This document shows, piece by piece, positions 20,019 to 29,534 of a stretch of 64,000 nucleotides of DNA; position 1 is the stretch's first letter; each line of letters opens with the position of its first letter. This stretch comes from an uncultured beta proteobacterium. GTDB lineage: Bacteria; Pseudomonadota; Gammaproteobacteria; Burkholderiales; Casimicrobiaceae. Location: assembly GCA_963776175.1 (NCBI GenBank), contig CAVZLP010000013.1, positions 2,479-66,478 of the forward strand, written 5' to 3'. The position numbers and the translations under genes are program-made. A model generated the notes under the pieces. That model worked only from the letters and a program-made list of their open reading frames with translations, was not told the origin of the DNA and searched no databases.

Positions 20019-20701
20019 TCAATCGATGTATTTCAATCCGGCCTTTTGCAGCGGCTCGCGCATGTTGTACATGTCCAGCCCCAGCACGCCGGCCGCGAGC
20101 TTCGCGCGCTTCTCGCCTTCATTCGCTTCGCGCGCTGCGGCCGCGTCGAGGGTCTTCTGCGCGAGCGCGAGCGGTACCACGACGACGCCGTCGTCGTCCG
20201 CTACGACGACGTCGCCTGGATTGACCAGCGCTCCGGCGCACACGACGGGAATGTTCACTGAGCCCAGCGTCGCCTTGACGGTCCCCTTGGCGGAGATCGC
20301 CTTGCTCCATACCGGGAAATTCATCTCGGTGAGCACGCTCACGTCGCGCACTCCGGCGTCGATGACAAGGCCTCGCGCGCCGCGCGCCTTGAAGCTCGTC
20401 GCGAGCAGGTCGCCGAAATAGCCGTCGGTGCAGTCGGCCGTGACGGCGGCGACGACGACGTCCCCCGGCCGGATCTGCTCGGCCGCGACGTGCAACATCC
20501 AGTTGTCGCCGGGATGCAGCAGGACGGTCACGGCCGTCCCGGACGCGTGTGCGCCGGATAGATGGGACGCATGTACGGTTTCAGCAGCCCGGCGCGTCCC
20601 ATGGCCTCGTGCACGGTCGCCGTGCCGAGCGCGCCAAGCTTGGCGGCGACCTCGCTGTCGGCGCGCCGGATGTTGCGATAGACGACTCCGAGCTCGTACA
20701 T
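20019..20701 (-). CDS. ligK: 4-carboxy-4-hydroxy-2-oxoadipate aldolase/oxaloacetate decarboxylase (RraA fold), frameshifted as assembled
   Basis: Reads [15 protein letters not shown]...[20 protein letters not shown], then (after the shift) [21 protein letters not shown]...[29 protein letters not shown] appears to be missing in TATCCGGCGCA near 20552. Confidence 0.85.
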
Positions 20702-20703
20702 GG

Positions 20704-21730
20704 TCAACGTCCTTTCGCTTTGAGAGCGGCATCGAGGCGCGGATAGACACGCCGCGCGTTGGCTTCGTAGATCTTGTGCCGCTGCTCCGGATCGATGTGC
20801 GCGGCCTCGATGTAGCGCCTGGTGTCATCGTAGTAGTGACCCGTCTCGGGGTCGATGCCGCGCACCGCGCCGATCATCTCGCTCGCAAACAGGATGTTGT
20901 CGACCGGAATCACGCGCGTGAGCAGGTCGATGCCGGGCTGGTGATAGACGCAGGTGTCGAAGAAGACGTTGTTGAGCAGATGATCCTTCAGCAACGGCTT
21001 CTTCATCTCCTGCGCCAGGCCGCGGAAGCGGCCCCAGTGGTACGGCACCGCGCCGCCGCCGTGCGGAATCACGAAGCGCAGCGTCGGAAAATCCTTGAAC
21101 AGGTCCGACGTGAGGCACTGCATGAAGGCCGTGGTGTCCGCGTTCAGGTAGTGCGCGCCAGTGGTGTGGAAGCACGGATTGCAGCTCGTGCTCACGTGGA
21201 TCATCGCGGGGATGTCGTACTCGACCATCTTCTCGTAGATCGGATACCAGTGGCGATCGGACAGCGGCGGCGAATTCCAGTGCCCGCCCGACGGGTCGGG
21301 GTTCAGGTTGATCGCGACGTTGCCATATTTCTCCACGCACTTCACGAGCTCCGGGAATGCAGGTCGCAGGGTCGACGCCCGGGCTCTGCGGCAGCATCGC
21401 GGCCGGGATGAAGTGGTCCGGGAATAGCCGGCTCACGCGGTAGCAAAGCTCGTTGCAGATCGCCGCCCACGTGCTCGAGACCTGGAAATCCCCGATGTGA
21501 TGCGCCATGAAGCTCGCGCGCGGGCTGAAGATCGTGAGGTCGAGGCCGCGCTCGCGCATGAGCCGCAGCTGATTGCTTTCGATCGACTCGCGCAGCTCGT
21601 CGTCGCTGATGCGGAGTTCGGATGCCTGGGGCATCTGCGACGGATTCTCGATGCCCGCAATCTGCCGGTTGCGCCACGCCTCCAGCGCCTTGGGTGCCGT
21701 GGTGTAGTGGCCGTGGATGTCGATGATCAT
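20704..21730 (-). CDS. ligJ: 4-oxalomesaconate hydratase (amidohydrolase-2), frameshifted as assembled
   Basis: [14 protein letters not shown]... is in ORF 20825..21730. ...[22 protein letters not shown]...[17 protein letters not shown] is in ORF 20704..21345. The frame change is near 21345-21365. Confidence 0.85.
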
Positions 21731-21816
21731 CGAGTCACTCCCGTTCGAACACCGTGTTTCACTTGTCGCATGCGAATCTGGGAGGCCGTGACCGCAGGTC
21801 TTGGGTTCTGCGCGGT

Positions 21817-23123
21817 TCAGCCCTGGCTTGTCGTGCCAGCTGGCTGGTCCCAGCTGAGATTGCCGGCTCCTTTGCCCGCTACCGAGTACAGCGCGCCCGG
21901 AGCGTTGCGCGTTCGTTGGAACGCCTCAAGCGTCTCGCCGCGCATCGCGGCATAGATGTGCAGGTTCGACACGCCGGTGACCGCGCCGAGCTTCTCGAGC
22001 ATGAAGAAGATGACGCCGTAGTGCATCAAGGCCGCGCCAGTCGCGTCGGCGAATCAAATCTCGCTCTTCTTCGGTCAACCCGGCAGCCTCGAAACTTGCC
22101 TCCGGATCGCGAAGGAACGCCTCGCGATGGCTCGGCTCGACCATACGGTGCAGGTAGTCGTTGATGCGGAACGACTTCACGCTGCGCTCGAGCGTGAACG
22201 GGTACGTTCCTTCGAGTCGTTCGATGCCGCTGCAGCTCGCTTGCCACGTGGCGGCGGTGGCGCTCGACGACGGCCGGGTTGGGCGCGTCTGTCCCTTCGT
22301 AGATCGCGGTCGCGATGCCGGCCATCGAGGGCAGGTAATAGCTGCGGTACTTGCATTCGACATTCGCCGAAAGCGCACCGCGCATGGTGAGCCACATGAC
22401 GACTTCCGCGCCCTCGAAGCCGCCGAGCTCCGCGTATTCGGCGATGGTCATCGCGGCGAGCTGTTCCGGATCGCGCTCGAAGAGATCGAGGAAGCGCTGG
22501 TCCCAGGCGGGATTGTTGAAACCCGCGCGCTCGCCGTGCACCTGGTGCGATAGTCCGCCGGTGGCGACGACTACGACGCGCAGATCCTCCGGATAGCTTT
22601 CGATCGCGCGTCTGAGCGCCTGTCCGAGCTTGTAGAAGCGACGGGCGCTTGGGATCGGGAACTGCAGCACGCCCATCTGGAGCGGGACGAGGCTCACCGG
22701 CCACTCCGGTTCGTGCGGGCAAAGCATCGACAGCGGCGAAAAGCAGCCATGATCCAGCGCCCGGTGCTGAAAGAACGACATGTCGAACTCGTCGGCCATC
22801 AGCGAGTGCCCGATGTGCGAGGCGAGCCGCGGATGCCCTTTGATCGGAGGCAAATCGCGCGCGCCGGCGCCTTCATCGGCGACAGGCCATTCGGGTCCCA
22901 CGCCCAGCGCGAACGCCGAGTAGTGATCGAAGAAGAACGAGGTGACGTGATCGTTGTAGATCAACAGCAGGACGTCGGGGCGCTTCTCGGCGAGCCAGGC
23001 GGCCAGCGGCGCGAAATTCTCGAAGATCGGGGCCCACACCGGGTCGTCGCGCTTGTTGCGGTCGTAAGCGAAACCGATCGTCGGGGTGTGCGAAGCGGCG
23101 ATGCCGCCGATGATGCGTGCCAC
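21817..23123 (-). CDS. galA: gallate dioxygenase-type fused LigB/LigA extradiol dioxygenase, two frameshifts as assembled
   Basis: A GTG start gives MARIIGGIAASHTPTIGFAYD...LIYNDH...GGLSHQVHGERAGF (LigB-like). The LigA-like C-terminus is spread over ORFs 21926..22378 (ERLEGTYPFTLERSVKSFRINDYLHRM) and 21817..22029 (HYGVIFFMLEKLGAVTG). Confidence 0.85.
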
Positions 23124-23371
23124 GGCTGTATTCTCCGTACAGTTGATCAAAAGATGACGCTGTTTGGGCGGCGAGCGCGGGTTGTTGTCAGCTCATCCCA
23201 GTCGATCGAGTTCGACATCTAGGCGCCCGTTGCGCTGGCGGACCGAGACCTGTTAGCAGTGTGCCCCAGGCGCCTTTCGGCCGCATTGCCTTTCACTTGA
23301 TCTGCCAAGCTGCTTGCTTATCAGACCGGGTCAAACGGGCGGCCTGCCGATCACCTTCCCCGCGCCCTGAA

Positions 23372-23406
23372 GGGGGCGTGGGTTCAAATCCTTCCGGGCG
23401 CGCCAG
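23372..23406 (+). repeat. diverged third copy of the tRNA-Arg 3' end (putative distal att site)
   Basis: GGGGGCGTGGGTTCAAATCCTTCCGGGCGCGCCA compared with GGGGGTCGTGGGTTCAAATCCTGCCGGGCGCGCCA. The flanking GACAA-CAAGGGCTTGC is also shared with copies 1 and 2. Confidence 0.8.
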
Positions 23407-23414
23407 ACAAACAA

Positions 23415-23443
23415 GGGCTTGCTGCGATGCGAGCCCTTTTTTT
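23415..23443 (+). terminator. terminator-like hairpin following tRNA-fragment copy 3
   Basis: GGGCTTGC-TGCGAT-GCGAGCCC followed by a T7 run. Confidence 0.55.
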
Positions 23444-23458
23444 CCTCGGCCGGGCGTT

Positions 23459-24310
23459 TCATACCGGCCTCGTAGTCGAAACGATCCAGGTTGAGCCGTT
23501 CAGGCTCACGCGGCCGCTCGGCGCGGCAAGGGGGGCCAGAGTGCGTTCGACAGCATCGAGAATGACGGGCAGATGCTCGACGCCCACGTCCTGAACAAGA
23601 CGAGATACCGGCCCCATCCGCACCGCATTCTCGGCTGCGGAGCGCGGCGTCTCGCCAAGAGAGAGCGCCGCGTCGAAGCGCTGTATGCGGATATCGCTGA
23701 AGCCGGCACCTGACAGAATGGTACGCAGTCTTTCCTCGTCGGCGAATGCAAACGGCCCGGGCGCGTTCGGATCGGCGGGCGCTGGTGTGATGTCCATCGC
23801 CTTGCGCGCGGCGGAGAGGGGCGTCATCGCCCAAGCGTTGTCGCGAGGCGTCCGCCAGCAGACGAACACGCAGCGGCCACCTGCTCGCAGCGATTTGCGC
23901 AAATGGCTGAAGGCCGCAGCAGGTTGGCTGAAAAACATGACGCCAAAACGCGAGAACAGCAAATCGAAGTTCGCCGGAAGCCCCATTTCGGAGGCATCGC
24001 CATTGCGGAAGGCGAGGTTTGCACAATTCGCCAGCGCGCCGTGCGAGCGAGCAACCTCAAGCATCGGCTGCGACACGTCGATACCGAGGACCTCGCCCGC
24101 CGCGCCGACCATCCGGGCAATTTCGATCGAAGTGTCGCCGCAGCCGCAACCGATGTCGATCACCCGGTCTCCGGATTGCGGCGCCGCAGCCTTCAGCGCT
24201 GCATCACCGAATGGTACGACGATACAGTCGATTTCTTTCTGCATCGCCACCCATCGTTGGCCCAATACACCGTTCCATTCTGCAATCTGTTCGGAGTTGT
24301 CAGCCGGCAT
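23459..24310 (-). CDS. class I SAM-dependent methyltransferase
   Basis: Starts MPADNSEQIAEWNG. The SAM motif VIDIGCGCGDTS is present, plus DLLFSRFGVMFF and GGRCVFVCW. It overlaps the AraC stop by 11 nt. Confidence 0.85.
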   Translation of the reverse strand: MPADNSEQIAEWNGVLGQRWVAMQKEIDCIVVPFGDAALKAAAPQSGDRVIDIGCGCGDTSIEIARMVGAAGEVLGIDVSQPMLEVARSHGALANCANLAFRNGDASEMGLPANFDLLFSRFGVMFFSQPAAAFSHLRKSLRAGGRCVFVCWRTPRDNAWAMTPLSAARKAMDITPAPADPNAPGPFAFADEERLRTILSGAGFSDIRIQRFDAALSLGETPRSAAENAVRMGPVSRLVQDVGVEHLPVILDAVERTLAPLAAPSGRVSLNGSTWIVSTTRPV

Positions 24311-25304
24311 CGCGTTCCTTATCACGAGTCGCGGGACCACCGGCGCTCCTGCGCCATGTCGCCGGGGGCACGCCGAACTCCCGCTTGAACGCACGATTGA
24401 ATGCCGCTTCGGATTCGTAACCGACGTCCTCGGCGACCGACGCGAGCGGCCGGACCCCGAGGCGAAGTTGCTGCGCGGCGAGCTGGAGACGCCACTGCGC
24501 CAGGTATTGCATCGGTGGAACCCCAAGCAGGTCCGCGAAACGCTGCGCGAGCGCGGAGCGCGACATGCCGACCTGGCGGGCAAGATCTTCCACGGTCCAC
24601 GGATGCGCCGGGCGTGCATGCATTAGAGTGAGCGCGCGGGCGACGAAGCGATCGCGCAATCCCGCCAACCACCCCTTGCGACCGTCGGGCATCGTGTCGA
24701 CGTAGCGCCGAACCGCCTCGACGAACACCAACTCCGCCAGTTTCGCCAGTATCGTGGCACGGCCGGCGTGCGTCGAGGCGGCCTCCTCGGTCGCGAACCG
24801 CAGCGACGATTCGAGCCATGACGCACTGGATCCGCGCATCCCGACCTTGAACAGCCGCGGCAGCGCGGAAAGCAAAGGGTTCCTCCAAATGTCCTGTGCC
24901 GTGAGAAAACCGCAGACCATTCGCGTGACTGTCCCGCCGCCGCCGTACGCCACCGTCATGACTTCACCCGGCGTCGTCTCCACTTGATCCGCCAATAGCG
25001 GCGCCAAGAGCTCCGGCGACAGGTCGTTGGAACTGCCCAGCAGGTGCGTTTCGCCTTGCGGCACGACGATGACATCGCCGGCTTCCACCTGCACCGCGCT
25101 GCCGCGATCGTGCGGCAACATCGCCCAGCAGCTTCCTTCAGTCACCAGATGGAACGAGACCACGCGCTCGGACGGTGGCAGATAGGCCGAGCAAAGCGCC
25201 GAATCGGCGGGAACGATAACGCACCAAGGCGCCGAAAACGCGCCGTTGAGATAGACGGCGCCGGTTAGCTGAACGACGCGCAATACGTCGGAGAGAGCAT
25301 CCAT
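24300..25304 (-). CDS. AraC-family transcriptional regulator with N-terminal cupin-like sensor domain
   Basis: The C-terminal HTH pair reads WTVEDLARQVGMSRSALAQRFADLLGVPPMQYLAQWRLQLAA..VAEDVGYESEAAFNRAFKREFG. Confidence 0.9.
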   Translation of the reverse strand: MDALSDVLRVVQLTGAVYLNGAFSAPWCVIVPADSALCSAYLPPSERVVSFHLVTEGSCWAMLPHDRGSAVQVEAGDVIVVPQGETHLLGSSNDLSPELLAPLLADQVETTPGEVMTVAYGGGGTVTRMVCGFLTAQDIWRNPLLSALPRLFKVGMRGSSASWLESSLRFATEEAASTHAGRATILAKLAELVFVEAVRRYVDTMPDGRKGWLAGLRDRFVARALTLMHARPAHPWTVEDLARQVGMSRSALAQRFADLLGVPPMQYLAQWRLQLAAQQLRLGVRPLASVAEDVGYESEAAFNRAFKREFGVPPATWRRSAGGPATRDKERDAG

Positions 25305-25546
25305 CGTAGCGGTTGTGCAATCGCGGCGTTGCGCGCAAGAAAATTGGACGCCTGGTCATTCAATGTCACTGCTGCCACGGGAATACTAGCACCGTGCCCA
25401 AGGGTCAACAAACTCGCCACATCCGAAAGACATCGGACGACGCTCTCACGGTTCAGGAGCTCGACGCATGGGCAACTCATGCGCGTGCCGCCAACGGTTT
25501 CGGGAGTGCTGCCTCGCCACCCATCCAAATCTTCAAGGAGACGTTC

Positions 25547-26509
25547 ATGCCCGCTCCGCGGCCCATTTTGCAAACCGACGTCGATTCGCGGCGTTACGCC
25601 AGGTGCGTCGAGGTGTCCAAGCGCATCCGGTGGGACATCGATCGCGACGTGATTCGCAATCGTGAATTCGACTTCGCGAAAAAATTCCTGCCTGACGGGC
25701 TGTCGTTCGTCGACCGGTTGTCGTTTCTCGGCGCAGAGGAGCGCCGGCTTCTGTCGCAAATCCAGGGACGATCGTACGCCAACATCTTTGGCCTGGTCGA
25801 GCGTTTCATCGGCGCCAAGATACTGGAGGTGAGCAGCGACCACTGGCTCGGCGACCAGACCGCGCTCGAGGCGCTGGTTCGCTTCACCGACGAAGAATTG
25901 AAGCATCAGGAGTTATTTCGCCAGATCGAGACCATGATCGGCGCCGGAATGCCGGCGGGGTATTCGTTCCTGCCACAGCCGAACGACGTCGCAGCGGCCG
26001 TACTGAGCAAGTCGACCTGGTCGGTACTCGCGCTGACCTGCCTCATCGAGCTATTCACGCAGGCGCACTACCGGGCAAGCATCGAGCCGGACAGCGAACT
26101 TTCTCCGCTGTTCAAGGATGTATTCCTGTTCCACTGGAAAGAGGAATCGCAGCACGCGATTCTGGACGAGTTGGAATGGCTGCGCGAGAACGCGAGGCTT
26201 ACGACGGAAGCGCGCGATGGGGCAGTGGACGACGTGATCGCGCTGGTAGGCGCCGTGGATGGCATCCTGCGAGCCCAGTCCGCGGCCGATGCGCACTACT
26301 TTGTCGAAATCTGCGGAAGGCCCTTGACGGCGGTCGAGGTCGAAGCCGTGAAAGCCACTGTTCTTGCCGCATATCGTTGGCAGTACATCGCATCCGGCGT
26401 TCAGATTCCGCGGTTCGGCGAATTACTGAACGGAATGATTACGCTGGCGCAACGCCAGCGGATCGGGGCCGCGCTTGCACCGATCATGGCCGGATTGACC
26501 AGTCGCTGA
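25547..26509 (+). CDS. ferritin-like diiron oxygenase family protein
   Basis: AAGGAG RBS at 25535-25540. There are two E-x-x-H motifs (DEELKHQ; WKEESQHA) plus additional conserved Glu (LVERF, LIELF). This is a four-helix diiron-carboxylate pattern; the substrate is unknown. Confidence 0.65.
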   Translation: MPAPRPILQTDVDSRRYARCVEVSKRIRWDIDRDVIRNREFDFAKKFLPDGLSFVDRLSFLGAEERRLLSQIQGRSYANIFGLVERFIGAKILEVSSDHWLGDQTALEALVRFTDEELKHQELFRQIETMIGAGMPAGYSFLPQPNDVAAAVLSKSTWSVLALTCLIELFTQAHYRASIEPDSELSPLFKDVFLFHWKEESQHAILDELEWLRENARLTTEARDGAVDDVIALVGAVDGILRAQSAADAHYFVEICGRPLTAVEVEAVKATVLAAYRWQYIASGVQIPRFGELLNGMITLAQRQRIGAALAPIMAGLTSR

Positions 26510-26525
26510 ACGAGGAGAACTGATC

Positions 26526-27311
26526 ATGGCAACAGCATGCCCCGTTGGATTCGACGTTGCCGGGTTGCGCGCGCAGGTCCTTGCAACCTACGATCGTGTC
26601 GCGCGCGACCCCAGTGGCGCTTTTCACTTTCACCGCGGCCCCCGCTACGCGGCCGACTACCTGCGCTACGACGCCGACGACCTCGCGTCGCTGCCCGACG
26701 CCTGTACGGCGCGCTTCGCCGGTGTGGGCAATCCGCTGCGCATCGGGCCGATCGTTCCGGGCGAGACGGTCCTCGACCATGCCTGCGGTGCCGGCATGGA
26801 CCTGCTGCTGGCGGCTCGCCGTGTTGGGCCCGGCGGCCGAGCGTTCGGCGTCGACATGACGCCTGCCATGCGCGACGTCGCAACCAGCGCGGCTGCGGAA
26901 GCCGGCCTGGACGCGATCGTCACGATCCGCCCCGGGTTTTTCGAACGCTTGCCAATGGACGACGAAAGCGTCGACGTCGTGATATCGAATGGCGTCGTCA
27001 ACCTCGCGCCCGACAAATCGCAGGTGTTCGCTGAAATCCATCGCGTGCTTCGTCCGGGCGGCCGACTGTATCTCGCCGACGTCGTGGTTCAGCGCGAACT
27101 GAAGGATGACGTGCGCAACAATCCCGACCTGTGGGCAGCGTGCATCGCCGGCGCGTTGCCCGAGCCTGAGCTTGCCGAAATTGCGCTCGCGTCCGGGTTA
27201 CGCGATCCACAAATCACGGAACGCTTCGACTGCTTTCGCGACACCACCGCCGGGGCCAAGGTGGCGCACGACCTGTACGTCGGGGCAGTTAATTTCTTGG
27301 CCCGCAAATAG
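26526..27311 (+). CDS. ArsM-like SAM-dependent methyltransferase
   Basis: VLDHACGAGMDLLLAA, VDVVISNGVVNLAPDK, LRPGGRLYLADVV and DLWAACIAGAL. This is the arsenite-methyltransferase-family pattern; the substrate is not established. Confidence 0.7.
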   Translation: MATACPVGFDVAGLRAQVLATYDRVARDPSGAFHFHRGPRYAADYLRYDADDLASLPDACTARFAGVGNPLRIGPIVPGETVLDHACGAGMDLLLAARRVGPGGRAFGVDMTPAMRDVATSAAAEAGLDAIVTIRPGFFERLPMDDESVDVVISNGVVNLAPDKSQVFAEIHRVLRPGGRLYLADVVVQRELKDDVRNNPDLWAACIAGALPEPELAEIALASGLRDPQITERFDCFRDTTAGAKVAHDLYVGAVNFLARK

Positions 27312-27388
27312 CAGACGAATCCGACGGCACGCCGAAACAATCGCGCAACAAATTGTGCAGGATGCGACGGATACGATGGAGGCTACCG

Positions 27389-27820
27389 ATGACCCACTCG
27401 ATGACGATTCCCCTCTGGGTAATGCTCGGATTCGCCGGCTGGACGCTCGCAGTGCTGATGGGCAGCATCGGGGTCTACCGCTGCTCTCGGGTCCTTACCG
27501 GACGTGCAACGATGGCGGAGTGGCGCGCCGATGCGACGCAGGGAAGTGAATGGTATCAGCGGGCGATGCGAGCACACCTGAATTGCGTCGAGAATCTCCC
27601 GGTCTACGGGGCGGCCGCGCTGGCCGCAGCCTTGGCCGGGGTCGGTGGCCGCGAGCTCGATGCCCTGGCTGTTACCTTTCTCGCCGCCCGCATCGGACAG
27701 TCGCTGGTCCACATCACGCGTCCGCAGACCGAACCCGTCGCCACACTTCGCTTCGGGCTGTATTGCGTACAGGTCGTGTGCGTCGTTTCGATGGGTGTCC
27801 TGGTCGCGCTCCGTGCATGA
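27389..27820 (+). CDS. MAPEG-family membrane protein
   Basis: About 143 aa with 3-4 hydrophobic helices and a conserved RAHLNCVENLPVYG motif. GGAGG RBS lies upstream. Confidence 0.7.
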   Translation: MTHSMTIPLWVMLGFAGWTLAVLMGSIGVYRCSRVLTGRATMAEWRADATQGSEWYQRAMRAHLNCVENLPVYGAAALAAALAGVGGRELDALAVTFLAARIGQSLVHITRPQTEPVATLRFGLYCVQVVCVVSMGVLVALRA

Positions 27821-28031
27821 GCGAAGGTCGGCGGGCCAGGAATCTCCGGGCGGTTCAGCTCCCTATACCGGGATGACGCCAGTGGCAAGGAAGCAGTACA
27901 TGAAGCAAGGGTCGAGGCTGAATGCGCCAGGCTGCGCGAAACAATCGAAACAAAAATGGCCTCGCGGTGAAGTTCTGCTGCCGCATCTGCCCACTAGACT
28001 GAATCGCACCCCGGCTTCATTGGAGATTCAA

Positions 28032-28292
28032 ATGGAAAAACGCAACGCGAACGCTCTCTTGCATCTTGCCAGGCCGCGCGTCGGAAGCGACGTTCGGAGC
28101 CTCATACGCGAACTGACCGCCCTCTCCGGCGTCGCACGCGTCGTGCCGGCCGCGTGGCTTCCCCGCGTCCTCCTGATCAACTACGACCCGACCGTGATTG
28201 CCGTCCGGACGCTCCTCGCCGGCGCTACGCGCGGCTGGACGGCGGCCCGGCTCGTCGGGGCTCGAGCAACCGGCCAGAGATCACCCGCATAG
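28032..28292 (+). CDS. small hypothetical protein (86 aa)
   Basis: GGAG RBS 6 nt upstream of the ATG. Codon usage is host-like. No family recognised. Confidence 0.4.
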   Translation: MEKRNANALLHLARPRVGSDVRSLIRELTALSGVARVVPAAWLPRVLLINYDPTVIAVRTLLAGATRGWTAARLVGARATGQRSPA

Positions 28293-28314
28293 ACTATAGC
28301 AATGACGGCGAACG

Positions 28315-29349
28315 TCAGCTTCCAGGCAGCGAGTGCACATTGGGGAAGAACAGGTCCTTCCACGACGCAGGCTTGTTCTTCATCGCGCCTATGCTCTGCA
28401 TGAACGAGGCGTACTTGAGGACGTTCTCCGGCGTCATGGTGAACCGATACTCGGGATTGCCAAGCATCTGGGTGAGCTCGTCGGCCGTCAGGCGCTTTTC
28501 CCCCGACATCGCGATGTAGATGGCGGCGGCTTCGCGCTTGTTGTTGTTGACGAATGTCTCGGCCTCGGCCAGCGCATCGACAAACACCTGGTATGTCTTC
28601 GGATTCGCCTGGTAGAACTTGGTCGTGGTCGACGCGATGATGAACGTCGCCCCGCCGCCCAGGACGTCGTAGGAGTTGACCACCTTGTGTATCCGCGGGT
28701 CCTTGAGCTCGAGATCCTGAAACGGCGGCGAGGTGAAATGACTGTCGATTTCGCTGATGCCGGAAAGTAGCGCCGTCATGGCGTCTGGATGGCTGAGCGA
28801 AACCGTGAGGTTGTCCAGCTTGGTCGCGTTGCCGGTACCGTAGGTCTGGGAAGCGGCCATCTGCAAAGTCATTGCCTGGATCGAAGACTTGGTCGCGGGC
28901 AGCGCAATGCGGTCCTTGTCGGTGAAGTCTTTGAGCGACTTCACACCCGGGTTGCGCGTGTTGAGGTACAGCGGCATCGAATCCATCGCGCCCAGCGACT
29001 TGATCTCGCCGTTGGTCTTGTCCCACAAGGTGAGGAGCCAGGGCACGCCGCTCGACGCAAAGTCGAGCCGTCCAGCGAGGATGGCGGCCTGAGTGAGTCC
29101 GGAGCCGCCGAACGTCTGCCAGTTCACTTTCAGCTCGCCCAGCCCGCTCGCCCTGGCGTGCTTTTCGACAAGTTTTTCGTGCTCCATGATCATGTACGGC
29201 AGATAGCCGATGCCGTATTCCTTGGACACCGTGATCTCGGCGACTTCCGCGCGGGCCGGACGCGGCAGCAGCGCGAAAACCGACGCTAGTGCGAGAACCG
29301 AAACGACGAGCAGCCGCGCATTGATCGCGGTGCGGTGACGAACGTTCAT
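28315..29349 (-). CDS. NMT1/SsuA-like ABC transporter substrate-binding protein
   Basis: 344-aa ORF with a signal peptide, GYLPYMIMEH, SGVPWLL and RIALPATKSSIQ. No cognate permease or ATPase is adjacent. Confidence 0.75.
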   Translation of the reverse strand: MNVRHRTAINARLLVVSVLALASVFALLPRPARAEVAEITVSKEYGIGYLPYMIMEHEKLVEKHARASGLGELKVNWQTFGGSGLTQAAILAGRLDFASSGVPWLLTLWDKTNGEIKSLGAMDSMPLYLNTRNPGVKSLKDFTDKDRIALPATKSSIQAMTLQMAASQTYGTGNATKLDNLTVSLSHPDAMTALLSGISEIDSHFTSPPFQDLELKDPRIHKVVNSYDVLGGGATFIIASTTTKFYQANPKTYQVFVDALAEAETFVNNNKREAAAIYIAMSGEKRLTADELTQMLGNPEYRFTMTPENVLKYASFMQSIGAMKNKPASWKDLFFPNVHSLPGS

Positions 29350-29534
29350 TGCTCCTCCGGCAGTGGCGCGAATGCGAATATCATGTTAACGCAAAAAATG
29401 CCGCGACCGGGAGCGTAGGGCCTGCAGGGGTTCGCATGACCGAGTGCGGTCGGCAACGACAGCCTTGCAATCCGAACCGAACCACCGCACGCTAACGCTC
29501 CGGTCACATCGACCTCACCTGCCACGAGGACTCC

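Noticed and set aside
23331-23410. Possible second complete tRNA gene
   Set aside because: Only the T-arm/acceptor 3' portion is recognisable and its T stem is mismatched. No D arm, anticodon arm or 5' acceptor strand can be drawn from the upstream sequence.
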